DNA of 46,371 nucleotides. Origin: Octopus bimaculoides (Eukaryota). Below are positions 1 to 13,200 of this stretch, piece by piece; position 1 is the first letter of the stretch, and every line of letters begins with the position of its first letter. The translations under genes were made by a program, and so were the position numbers. Where the stretch lies: the NCBI RefSeq assembly GCF_001194135.2, contig NC_069009.1, positions 2,239,759 through 2,286,129 of the forward strand, read 5' to 3'. The notes under the pieces are model-generated. The model saw only the letters and a program-made list of their open reading frames with translations, searched no databases and had not been told where the DNA came from.

Positions 1-139
1 GATGATGTGGCAGAGGAGAAGAAACTTTTGTGGAAGTGTTGATGATGATGAAATAATGCTGATGTTGTTATTTCCGATCATTGTGAAAATGATGATGATT
101 CGTAGTTTTTGATGTGATGATGAATATGATATTGATTAT

Positions 140-375
140 GATGTTGGTGGTGATGTTTCAATAGTCTTATTTTCATCACATGCTTTCACTACACTCTCGA
201 GTGCAGCTCTGTGTGCTTTGAGTGTGTGCTCATATTCTTACTTTATTGAGTAGGGTGTTTGTGATTACTAGTAGTATTGTTTTCTGTATTTTATATATAT
301 TTGTAAGTCCTGGTGATTTTGTCATGTATTTTTCATCACGCGCCTAGGAAATATTCTGTTCTTAGATACCATTGA
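140..375 (-). mobile_element. 3' tail of the RLE-type LINE, duplicated from about 14835-15050
   Basis: 1-365 is nearly identical to 14673-15045. Confidence 0.65.
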
Positions 376-719
376 GCTCTGTTTTCAATATTCATCCAAC
401 TCGTCTATACTTTTCCTTTGCTATTTTCTCTTTCATTTGTGTGTGTGTGTGTGTGTTGTATCGTATCAAGTTCATTAATTCTTAAATATTTGTATGTGTG
501 GCTTTGGTCTAATTCTCTTATTTCATTTGCTGTATCAAGTGTGATTTTGCTACTCTTAACTAGTTTTCCTCATTTTGTAAAATGTGCTTTGGATCATATT
601 TCTAAGCTAACTTTCATGTTCATTTTTTTGGTAAATCTATGCATTGTTTGTAGTACTTTTTCCAGCCGTTTATCATTCGTAGCGTAAAGTTTTAGATCAT
701 TGATATATAAGACGTGGCT

Positions 720-1015
720 AATTGTTTTGTCGTAAAATTTGGATCTTTCGTAAGACATGACAGCAAACAAGATGACGCATTCGCTGTCTGTGCACTATTA
801 GGATCGGAAAGTTTGCGAGGAACCTATTGACCCAATTTGCTGACTTTTCTGCTGGCACGCAGATGTCTATAGATGGTTGAATGATCAAATGCAAGATTCT
901 CTGGTAGTTCCTCAACAGATACGATGGAAGTTTGTTCTATCATACTCGTTGATCTCTACAGATCTTCCATGGCGAGGCTCGTCGTCCAGGCTGTAGTCTC
1001 AGATTCGGAATTGCA
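720..1015 (-). mobile_element. Mariner transposase N-terminal fragment (decayed)
   Basis: Minus-strand translation gives DYSLDDEPRHGRSVEI and STIYRHL...KVSKLGQ*VP; shares sequence with 30540-30890. Confidence 0.7.
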
Positions 1016-2033
1016 GCAGGAGAAGAAGATGATAAAACGCCAAACGGAGGATAAAAAGAATATGAATGAATTGACGGAAGAAGAAAAAGAAGTAGAAAAT
1101 AAAAATAACGATAGTAATAATAATAATAATAATAAGAAGAAGAAGAANNNNNNNNNNNNNNNNNNNNNNNNNNNNNNNNNNNNNNNNNNNNNNNNNNNNN
1201 NNNNNNNNNNNNNNNNNNNNNNNNNNNNNNNNNNNNNNNNNNNNNNNNNNNNNNNNNNNNNNNNNNNNNNNNNNNNNNNNNNNNNNNNNNNNNNNNNNNN
1301 NNNNNNNNNNNNNNNNNNNNNNNNNNNNNNNNNNNNNNNNNNNNNNNNNNNNNNNNNNNNNNNNNNNNNNNNNNNNNNNNNNNNNNNNNNNNNNNNNNNN
1401 NNNNNNNNNNNNNNNNNNNNNNNNNNNNNNNNNNNNNNNNNNNNNNNNNNNNNNNNNNNNNNNNNNNNNNNNNNNNNNNNNNNNNNNNNNNNNNNNNNNN
1501 NNNNNNNNNNNNNNNNNNNNNNNNNNNNNNNNNNNNNNNNNNNNNNNNNNNNNNNNNNNNNNNNNNNNNNNNNNNNNNNNNNNNNNNNNNNNNNNNNNNN
1601 NNNNNNNNNNNNNNNNNNNNNNNNNNNNNNNNNNNNNNNNNNNNNNNNNNNNNNNNNNNNNNNNNNNNNNNNNNNNNNNNNNNNNNNNNNNNNNNNNNNN
1701 NNNNNNNNNNNNNNNNNNNNNNNNNNNNNNNNNNNNNNNNNNNNNNNNNNNNNNNNNNNNNNNNNNNNNNNNNNNNNNNNNNNNNNNNNNNNNNNNNNNN
1801 NNNNNNNNNNGGTGGGTTGGAGGTACCGGAAAGGAAGAACAAGTGAAGAAATAAGAACAAGGTGGAGAAATAACAGAAGGGGAAGAACTAGAACTACAGA
1901 CATGAAAAGAAGAAAAACCAGATGCAGAAAGAGATGAGGGTGACAAACTATATAATGCGTCTATAGAAAAACATTACAGATTTAGACAGATATCGTCAAA
2001 TAAACACAATAAACGTAGATTGATTCAACTTAC

Positions 2034-2105
2034 AGAACTGATAAACTGGAAAGATTTCGGAAGGTTTCAGCTTTGATTTTCGTAATTTTATTATCGTTCA
2101 AAGTT
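2034..2105 (-). CDS. LRR exon, class B: [24 protein letters not shown]
   Basis: 72 nt, ttccag| ... |gtaagt, open. Confidence 0.88.
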
Positions 2106-2544
2106 CTGGAACATAACATTGAGTTAAGAAGATTTATTGAACAAATTTGTGTCTAAAGAATTGGATGATGGAAAAGATGAAAAGTAGATTACCACCTTGA
2201 TTACCTTCATGAGGATGTTGTAGATGATATCTGGTGGAATGGGTGTTGCGATGGGTATGATAATGTGGCAGGGTGGAAGAAATTATTGTGGAGTGTTGAT
2301 GATGATGATATGATGTTCATGTTATTAATTTTGATCATTGTGAAAATGATGAAGAATCATAGTTTTTAATGTAGGCGTAGGAGTGGCTGTGTGGTAAGTA
2401 GCTTGCTTACCAACCACATGGTCCCGGGTTCAGTCCCACTGCGTGGCAACTTGGGCAAGTGTCTTCTACTATAGCCTCGCGCCGACCAAAGCCTTGTGAG
2501 TGGATTTGGTAGACGGAAACTGAAAGAAGCCCGTCGTATATATG

Positions 2545-2620
<76 letters not shown>

Positions 2621-3652
2621 TGTGTTTGTCCCCCCAACGTCGCTTGACAACCGATGCTGGTGTGTTTATGTCCCCGTAACTTAGCGGTTCGGCAAAAGAG
2701 ACCAATAGAATAAGTACTGGGCTTCCAAAGAATAAGTCCTGGGGGTCGATTTGCTCGACTAAAAGGCGGTGCTCCAGCATGGCCACAGGCAAATGACTGA
2801 AACAAGTAAAAGAGTAAAAGATTAAAATAATGTAATGATCAACAAGATATTGATGAGGATGCTGGTGGAGATGTTTTCTGCGACACTACGACAGATAGAT
2901 GTGGTAAAAAAAAAAAGAATGAAAAGAATATCAGCATAGCACTTGCAGTGTTAGCAAACGGTCGGTGATATCAGAACGAACATTAGCAGTGGTGGAGAAT
3001 GAAATTAAATGCCACTGAGGTAGCGGTGATTGTGGCAGATAAACTCCCTACCACGGAAGTGCGCTCATACCGACCTCCCTTAGATGCACGCAGAGCGACA
3101 AGACCATAGTGCAAGCAGTCGTCCAGTGTCGTGCATTACTCACATGTAGACTTATGTCGAACAGTTGTTGCTGAGTTTAGTATTGGTCTGATTATGGCCG
3201 ACTCCATAGTGAAGATTGAACCACCTCCTTCCTTGGCCGGGATGAGCAGGGAATTTTCAGTTTTCACTGGGAAAGAAAGGTGAGTTTGGAGAAAGAAGTG
3301 ATGCTATACCCCGTGCATTTGCTGAAATGTATGTCGATGTAGCGAAATGGCTCGTTTGTGTGCGGACCTACTCTTATAATACGTCTGTATGTTGGTGAAT
3401 TTGAGTTTAGTGAATGGGAATTGTTCGCGAGTACCATCGAATCATCGGGTGGGTCAGCATTTGGGGTTACCTGAACCAACCCTGGGTGGTCATCACCTCT
3501 ATTGAGAAAATGTCAGTGTACTTGTCTCGTGTTTTTTGTTATTGTTTTTGTAACTCCTTGTTTTGTATGAAATCCCCACTGTCCCAGTCTAATGTATTGT
3601 CACCTATACATCGGCACTAGTGGCCAATAAATGAAATTATTATTATTATTAT

Positions 3653-3718
<66 letters not shown>

Positions 3719-4191
3719 CAGCAGCAGCAGCAGCAACAGTAGTTCTATATCTTGTTGCTATTGTCGAAGTCGTTGTTATTGATGTGGTAGAAGAAGGAGG
3801 AGGATGTGATTGGTGGAAGAGGAGGGGGAGAAGGAAAAGTAAAAGAAATGTTCAACATAAAAGATGAAATTTAGCCAGATGCATGCTTTGTGTTTAGGAG
3901 TAAATTATGAAGAAATAGAAAAGTTGAAAACAAATTACTCTGAGCTGGAAGGTGTTACAATATTTAAACATGTATAATGTAATTCAGAATAATTAATTAG
4001 AACGGACAGCCATGAATATTAATCAACGTTGATCGAGAAGTAAACATAAACAATGTACAAAAGGAGGTACAAACCAAATCAATCACTCGTGTACTTTCAC
4101 TCATAATGTAAGACACAGACTTACACATAGACATACGCAAAATTATTATATATTAGTTATCAAAAACTGATACATAAAACCAGACACTGAT

Positions 4192-4243
<52 letters not shown>

Positions 4244-7200
4244 TCTTAGACATTCACAACGAATTGCATATTCCTGTGGAAAGCGACTGAGTGCATATAG
4301 TGCGTCAAGGAGAGTGAGAGAAAAAAGAGAGCATGGAAAGACATTAAATGTTTAGAACTATTGGGTTGTCCGGAAAGTTCGTGCCGATTTTTAAATGAAA
4401 GAAAAAGGTTAATAAATACTTGCCATTACATTTTTAATCAACCAAATATTAACCATTTGACGCACAATGCATCTCCATCTTTCCTTTAACTTCAAAATAC
4501 TCTCTTCCCAGAGTTGAGGTGGTTTCATGGTAAAGAATTCATCAAGGTATCTTTCTACGTCATCTAAGGAATTGAAATTTTTACCTTTAAGACTATTCTG
4601 CAGAGACATGAATAAGTGGAAATCCCAAGGAGCAATATCTGGTGAATATTGAGGGTGGGGTAAGACATCCCAACCGAGCTGCAGCAACTTTTGTCTGGTT
4701 CCCAAAGTAACGTGCGGTCTTGCATTATCATGCTGGAAAACAACACCCTTCCTGTTGGCCAATTCTGGACTTTTCTCTTGAATTGCTGCTTTTAACTCGT
4801 CCAGTTGTGTGCAGTATTTCTCAGAATTAATTGTCTAGTTGCTTGGGAGAAGCTCATAGTACAGAATTCCTTTCTAATCCCACCAGACACAAAGCCAAAC
4901 ATTTTTAGGGTAAAAACCCGCTTTTGGGGTAGCTAAGAGTGGCTTATGTCGCTTACTCCAGGATCACTTTCTCTGAACATTTCGGTAGATAATCCATTTC
5001 TCATCACCTGTCACAATTTGCTTTAAAAAAGGCGCATTTTCATTCCGTTTATAAAACGAATTACAGTGGAAATGCGATCCAAAAGGTTCTTTTCCCTTAA
5101 CGCATGTGGTACCCAAACATCGTATGATTTGTGTGCCGAAGTTTTACCAGGTGCTCATGAACGACGGATTTTGATAGGTTTANNNNNNNNNNNNNNNNNN
5201 NNNNNNNNNNNNNNNNNNNNNNNNNNNNNNNNNNNNNNNNNNNNNNNNNNNNNNNNNNNNNNNNNNNNNNNNNNNNNNNNNNNNNNNNNNNNNNNNNNNN
5301 NNNNNNNNNNNNNNNNNNNNNNNNNNNNNNNNNNNNNNNNNNNNNNNNNNNNNNNNNNNNNNNNNNNNNNNNNNNNNNNNNNNNNNNNNNNNNNNNNNNN
5401 NNNNNNNNNNNNNNNNNNNNNNNNNNNNNNNNNNNNNNNNNNNNNNNNNNNNNNNNNNNNNNNNNNNNNNNNNNNNNNNNNNNNNNNNNNNNNNNNNNNN
5501 NNNNNNNNNNNNNNNNNNNNNNNNNNNNNNNNNNNNNNNNNNNNNNNNNNNNNNNNNNNNNNNNNNNNNNNNNNNNNNNNNNNNNNNNNNNNNNNNNNNN
5601 NNNNNNNNNNNNNTACAATGTCCAGCCCGGAACCTTGCGAACCACTTCCGTACAGTCCTTTCGGATAAAGAAACATCACCCTAAACTGCCCATATTTCTT
5701 TGGTTGCTTGAGAGGCATTTTTCCCTTTACGGGAAAGGAAAAACATCTAGTGCCGAAAATGAACTTTCTTATCTTCCATTTTAAAGGGTTACAGAATTAA
5801 CACAGGTTATAGGAACATAAACCTTCTTCCACGAAAAAATAGCTTAAACTGTGCTCTAAATGGAAGTGTCGACAAATCCTATTTTATGGACTCAACCATG
5901 TTCAAACATAAGTCGAAAGGTAAGCTACTATAAATCGGCATGAACTTTCCGGACAACCCAATGAATAAAAGAGAATAAAAAAAAAAAATCCAACTTACAG
6001 AGACGTTAGACTCGGAAGATTCTGAATACATCCAACTTCCAATTCATTGATGTCATTATTAAGCAATTTTCTGTAACAAACAAGTGAACCGTGAAGAAAA
6101 AGAAGAGGAATAGGGGAAGAAGAAGAAGAGGAAAAATAAGAAAAAAGAAGAAGGAGGAGGAGAAGAAGAAGAAAAGAGAAAAACGGTGGAGAATTAGAAA
6201 AAAAACCCGGAAAAGTACAACAGCAACAAGAAAACAGAAGAAGCAGAAAAAGGAGCATAAGAAGAAGAAGAAGAAGAAGAAGAAGATAATAAAGAAGCAG
6301 ATGGATAAGGAAGAAGGAGAAGAAAAAGAAGATGAATAAGAGGTGGAGAATGGGAAGAAATAGGACGAGATGGTGGTGGAAGAAAGTGAAGAAGAAAAAG
6401 GAAAAGAAAAAGAAGAAAAAGAAGAAAGGAGAAAAAGAAGAACAATAACACATGTAAAGTATTTGTTTAAATGTTAGCGTATGGAACATCTGGGTTTGCN
6501 NNNNNNNNNCAGATATTGCAAGATATTACAGATTTAGAAAGACATCGTCAATGAAATAATAGATTGATTCAACTTACAGAGTTCTTAAACTGTAAAGGTT
6601 TTGGAAGCTTCCGGCTTTGATTTCTTCGATATTGTTTTTACTTAAATCCCTGGAGCGAAAAAATTGAGTTGAGAAGAACATTTATGGAACAAATGTGTGA
6701 GAGAATATTAAACAGTATGACTAAAGAATTGGAAGATAGAAGAGACGAAAAGTAGATTACGATATTGTTGATAATGTTGGGTTGGTATGGGTTGATGATT
6801 ATGATGGTAAGGCAGAGGGGAAGAAAATATGGTGGAAGAGTTTATGACGGAGGTGTTATGATGCTGATGATGGGGGTGATGTTGTTAAGGTTGATGATTC
6901 TGATAATGATGGGGATTAGAAGTTTTATTGTGGTGATGAACATGATGTTGATGTTGGTGGTGATGTTGTTTGTTGGTGATGAAGATGACCGTGTTGAAGA
7001 TTGTGTATCTGCAAATGAAGAAGATGAAAAAGAGAAAGAAGAAATGGAAGTGAAGAAGCGGAAGAAGAAAGAGAAGCAGAAGATGAAGATGAAGGAAATG
7101 AATGATGAGGAGAAGACGAATACGTAAAAGAAAGAAGAGTAGAAGAATGGGAGAGGTGGAAGAAGCATAAGGAGAAAAGGATAAGATAATGAAGAAGAAA

Positions 7201-10200
7201 TGGATGTAGAATAAAAGGAGGAAAAAGAAGAACAAAACATCAGCAGCAGTAGAAGAATAGAAGGGAAATGGACGATGAAGAAGAAGAAGAAGAAGAAGAA
7301 GAAGAAGAAGAAGAAGAAGAAGAAGAATCGGAGGGGGAAGAAGCATAGGGGGAATAAGAAGATTGAACGAAGAAGAATCATAAGGAGTTGAATAAGAAAA
7401 AAGTAAAAGAACAACGGAAATGAGAAGCAGAAGAAGAAGGAGGAGGAGNNNNNNNNNNNNNNNNNNNNNNNNNNNNNNNNNNNNNNNNNNNNNNNNNNNN
7501 NNNNNNNNNNNNNNNNNNNNNNNNNNNNNNNNNNNNNNNNNNNNNNNNNNNNNNNNNNNNNNNNNNNNNNNNNNNNNNNNNNNNNNNNNNNNNNNNNNNN
7601 NNNNNNNNNNNNNNNNNNNNNNNNNNNNNNNNNNNNNNNNNNNNNNNNNNNNNNNNNNNNNNNNNNNNNNNNNNNNNNNNNNNNNNNNNNNNNNNNNNNN
7701 NNNNNNNNNNNNNNNNNNNNNNNNNNNNNNNNNNNNNNNNNNNNNNNNNNNNNNNNNNNNNNNNNNNNNNNNNNNNNNNNNNNNNNNNNNNNNNNNNNNN
7801 NNNNNNNNNNNNNNNNNNNNNNNNNNNNNNNNNNNNNNNNNNNNNNNNNNNNNNNNNNNNNNNNNNNNNNNNNNNNNNNNNNNNNNNAGGAGGAGGAAGA
7901 AGAGGAAATGAAGAAAAGAAGTAAAAAAAAAATCAACAACAAGCAGAAGATGGAGGAGAAGCAGAAAGGAAGATAGATTGGTAGAAGAAGACGTTGAAGA
8001 TGAAGATGTTGATAATAAAGAAGAAGAAGAGGAAAGTGAATAAATAAAATAAAAACGGTTGGTGTAGGATGGGAAGGAGGAAAAGAAAATTTTGAATTAG
8101 AAGACGAATAGCTACAAGAGGAAGAAGAAGAAAAAGAGGAAAGAGAAAGAAAAAAGAAGGGGATGAAGGAGAATACGATAAAGAAGAGGAAAGTGAAAAA
8201 GAGGATGAAGAGAAGAAGAGTAAGAAGAAAGAAGAGAAGTACAAGAATGAGGACAATGGTGAGGGTAATGATGACGAGGATGAAGTCCTAAGATATTATG
8301 ATGGTGTCGATGGGGAGTGGAATTTCAGAGGACGGGAAGAAGAAGTAGACGAGGAAGAAGAAGGATAGAATAAGAAAGGCAACAACAACAAAAAAGAATG
8401 TTTTAATATTAGCGTATGAAACATCTAGGGCTAAATATACAACTACAAGAGTTATTCAAGAATGTTATTTAGTGTCTATATAAAGGTGAACACCATGCGT
8501 AATGTACACACGTGTTAATACACTCGTATATACTCATCTGTACACATTGACATGAACAAGCTTACACTAAACGCTTCCTCTTATGTATCAGGTTCCCATT
8601 TATCCAATATCTTAGAAATGGGGCCACACTCACATTCACAGACGTTCACGAACAATAAAACGCATGTATAGAAAGACGGTTGTAGAAGCTTAAATTGATG
8701 TACGGGAAGACATTACAGAATTATAAAGATATCGTCAACGAAATAATATAAAATAGAATTGATACAACTTACAGAGTTGTTAAACTGGAAAGATTTTGGA
8801 AAGTTCCAGCAATAATTTCTTTGATTTCGTTATCTCCCAAATTCCTGGAACATAGAATTGAGTTAAGAAGAACATTTATGGAAAACATTTGTGAGAGAAT
8901 ATTTAATATCATGTCTACAGAACTGGATGATAGAAGCGATGGACTGTAGAATTACTATCAAGATGAACCTCAAGATGTTGTTGATAATGTTGGATAGGTA
9001 TGGAAGCAGAAATGAATATGATGATGAGGCAGCGGAGAAGAAAATATTGTGGGCGTGTATATGACGAAGGTATTATGATGCTGATGATGGGGGTGATGTT
9101 GTTAATATTGATTACTATGATAATGATGGTGATTAGAAGTTTTATTGTGATGATGAACATGATATTTCTATTAATGCTGGTGTTGATGTCCTCTGTTGGT
9201 GACGAAGATTACGGTGTTGAAGATTGTGTATCTGGAAAGGAAGAAGAAGAAGAAGAAGAAGAAGAAGAAGAAGAAGAAGAAGAAGAAGAAGAAGAAGAAG
9301 AAGAAGAAGAAGAAGAAGAAGAAGAAGAGCAAGAACAATAACACCAGAAAATAAGAAGGGGCACAGGAGGAAATGATGCATTAGAAGGAAAAGAAGAAAC
9401 ATATTGTAGAGAAAGAGGAGAAAAGTGAGACTAAGGAAATATACAATTGGGTTAGGAGAAAAAGAAGACGTAGGTGAATTAGAAGAAGAAGAAAAAGAAG
9501 AAGAAGAAGTGCAACAAAAACAAGAATGAGAAAAGTAGAAAAAGTAGAAAATGAAGAAGCAGAACAGTAGATGAAGAATACGAAGAGGTTAAGTAGAGCA
9601 TCAAGAAGCAGAAGCAGGAAGAAAAGAAGGTTGTACATACCGATACATGTTTATATTTACACACACTCGTACTCACACATATGTATAGAAACTCTACAAA
9701 CACACATTTCTATCAAAGGGGTTTGAGAATGTAATGATAGAGAAGGATGGGACGCGAATGAAAATGGGAAGGTCCTAAATATTCAGTAATTTCAATGAAA
9801 TATTATCAACAATATTAATGCAACTTACAGATATTCTAAGCTGGTCAGACCTTCGAAGGATCCTACTTGAATTTTCTGGATTTTACTTTCATCCAAATTT
9901 TTATAACATAGAATTTTGTAAACGGGATTTATTGTAAAATATCATGAGTGAAATAACTTCGTGTAGGAAAAGAAAGCTAGATGAGTATGAATGTGATGAT
10001 AATATTAAAGAGGAGGAGGGGAGGAGGATTGAATTTCGAGGTGGTGGTGGTGGTGGTATGGATGACCATGAAGCAGAAACTAATGACAGGAGGACGGTGG
10101 TAGTGTTGATGAAGAAAATGGTGTTGCTGATGATGGCGATAAATTTTGTGATAACGGTGATGAGGAAGACATGTATCATGATGATGTTGATTATGATGAT

Positions 10201-13200
10201 GATGAATTTGGTGACAACTATGAAACTGGTGCTCTTTCTGTTGACGATGATAAAGAATATGTTGATGACGATAAGACTCAGGGTGTTGAAGATGGCGCAG
10301 ATAATTGTGATAATTGTAATGATGATGATGATATCGATGGTGGATACGAGGAGAATGTTTAAGGATAAAAGAATCAGAAGAAGTAGGAAAACCATGATGG
10401 GAAAGAAATTTGAGAGAAATGACTGGAAGAAGATTAAGTTTTGGAAGAAGCGTGTAAAGGAGGGGGAGGAGAATGCATAGAACAGGGAAAGAAGGTGATG
10501 GGGAGGGGGTTCAGGCACAAGTAAAAGGGCGGAGTAAGAGGAGAAGGAATAGAAGAACAACAAAAACAATAGCTACGAGTTTAACATGTTTTGGAGGACC
10601 AGGTATGTGAAAAATACAACCAGGTGAAGTGGGGGTGAGATCTAGATTAAGGACAAAATGGAGAAGGATGAGTAGAATATGAAGAATGGAATGACGGTAA
10701 TGAAGCATCAGAAATGATTTAGTAGAATTAAGAGAGGCGAAAGAAAAGAGAGATGAGGAAAAGGAGGAAATTAATGGAAGGAAAATAAAAAAGCGGGAAT
10801 AAAGACGGAAAAGTTGAAGAAGGAAAATGTAGAAGATGATGAAAACAAGAAGACGAGAAGGAAAGAAGAGGCAGAAGAAAAATACGAAGGAAAAGGAGAA
10901 GACGACGACAACGAAGAAGAAGAAGAAGAAGAAGAAGTGCAACAAAAACACCAAGAGTGTGAAAAGTAGAGAAACTAGAGAATGAAGTAGAACAGAAGAT
11001 GAAAAAGGAAAGCGAAGAAGGAGATTTAAAAGAAAAAGATGGAGATTAAATGACGACGAAAAAGAAGAGGGAGAAAAAGAAGAAGAATCAGAAGAAGAAA
11101 AAGAAGAAATAAAAGTAAATGTAGAAGATGGAGAAGAAAACCATAAAAGAGAAGAAGCAGAAGATGAGGAAAAGAAAGAAGCTGAAAACGTAGGGAAAGA
11201 AGGAGATGACGAAAAGAAGAAGCATATAACAAAGAGAATTAAAATGTCCCGAAAGCAACAATTACATCAAGAGGAAATGAAGAGAGAAAACATGAAGGAC
11301 AGAAATAGGAAGGGAAATTGATGGAGAAGGAGAAGGATAAATAGGAGGAGAAGAAGACCAATGAGAAGAAGAGGAACAATGAAAGAAAAATAAAGGGAGA
11401 AAAACAAGAACCGCTAAAGTTTATTTTAAGAAATAACGATACGGTTCATCTGGTGCAAAATATACATCTACAAGGGTCATTCAACGATGTTATTTAGCTT
11501 CGATCTACATTTAAACACCTTATGTAATATACATACATACACTCACAACCGTTCATCCATACAGATAGACATACACATGCATGCACTAAATGTTTCCCCT
11601 CAAGTATCACGCTCCCATATATCTCACATCTCAGAAAGGCCTCCAAATTCACATTCATTCACTAAATATAAATTGCATCTATACAAAGATATTACAGGTN
11701 NNNNNNNNNGTAGGTTGATTCAACTTACAGATTTGTTAAACTGGAAAGATTCCGGTAGGTTTCCGCCTTGATTTCTTTGATTTCATTACCGCGCAAATCC
11801 CTGGAACATAACATTGAGTTAATAAGATTTATGGAAGAAATTTGTGACTAAACAAATGGATGATGGAAGATGTGAAAGTAGATTATCATCAGGATGAATT
11901 TCATGAAGATGTTGTAAATAATGTTGGGTGGGATGGGGGCAGTGATGAGTATGGTAATGTGGCTGCGGGAGAGAAATAATTGTGGGAGTTTTGATGATGC
12001 TGATGATGGGGTGACACTGTAAACTTTGATCATTGTGAAAATGATGGAAATTTGGAGTCTTGGTTGTGATGATGAATATGATGTTGATGATGATGTTGTT
12101 GGTGATGTTTTCTGTTTGCGATGATGATAATGATGATTGCATTGCACTACATTGAAGAAGAAGAAGACGAAGACGAAGAAGAAGACGAAGACGAAGAAGA
12201 AGAAGAAGCAATAGAAAAAGAATTGTTACAAGAACAATCAATTACGCGTGATAATTTCTATTTTAAGATGAAAATATTCCGCAAAATATTTACAAAAATA
12301 TACGAAGTTAAACCCAGATGGAGACATTTAAAGGTGTTCCCCCTAACACCTCCACCAATTATAGTAATCGAAGCAATTGACCATCCCAAGACACCGAGAG
12401 TTAAGTCAACCATTTCTCTCTCGTTTTAGCCTATGAATATGGCCATATTAAGAGGAGGAAGTTTAAACTTTTGAGGCCTGGAATCAGGGTCGTCTGCCCA
12501 ATGACTTTGGGTCTTTAGAATTTGACGTTATTGCCGTCAGTGTGAACATAATTTCCAATATGTGTGCACTGGCTCCAATTCTCGACGACAATCAGATCTT
12601 TGCGTCTGTTACTCAGCCGGGAGTGGCGGGTGACATTTATATGCAGGAAGGACTTGTGTCCCGAGATAAATTTGGAGGAAATCTTTCGAACTTTGGGTGC
12701 ATTTTAGGGAGACCATAAAATACAGGTGTTCTTCTTTCTGACCTTGAAATCTTAGATTCAGCCTTATTAACGAAATTGCTTTCCTCCATGTTCAGAATTA
12801 TTTTGTCAAGTTCCTCTTAATAACAATAAAATCGCTATTAGCTAGACATCGGAGTGCGTAACGTTGGGAATTTGTGAGGTTATTCCAGGACTTCTTTCCA
12901 CTTGTTTTAAAGATTTTTCTAATGCCTGTCTGACAAGAGTCAAGAAATTCCAGTATTACTTGTGAACGTCCATCCCGAACTTTATCTGGATAGCAATTGA
13001 GATTCTTTTCAATCCAGTTATGCCAGATTCGACCATCATTATTTTTATTTTTAGTAAACAGAGTTTTCTGACTCCTCGTTACCAGTTTTTTTTCAAAAGA
13101 ATATTCTTTCAGCTTGTGGCGGCAGATAAACTGAAATAGCCCTTGAGCTAGTTTATTCTTGACGAAATTCTTTGTAAGTAAAGGAAAGCATGGAAAGACA

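Noticed and set aside
2380-2450. tRNA-like A and B boxes
   Set aside because: This is the head of a SINE; no full cloverleaf or anticodon arm is supported.
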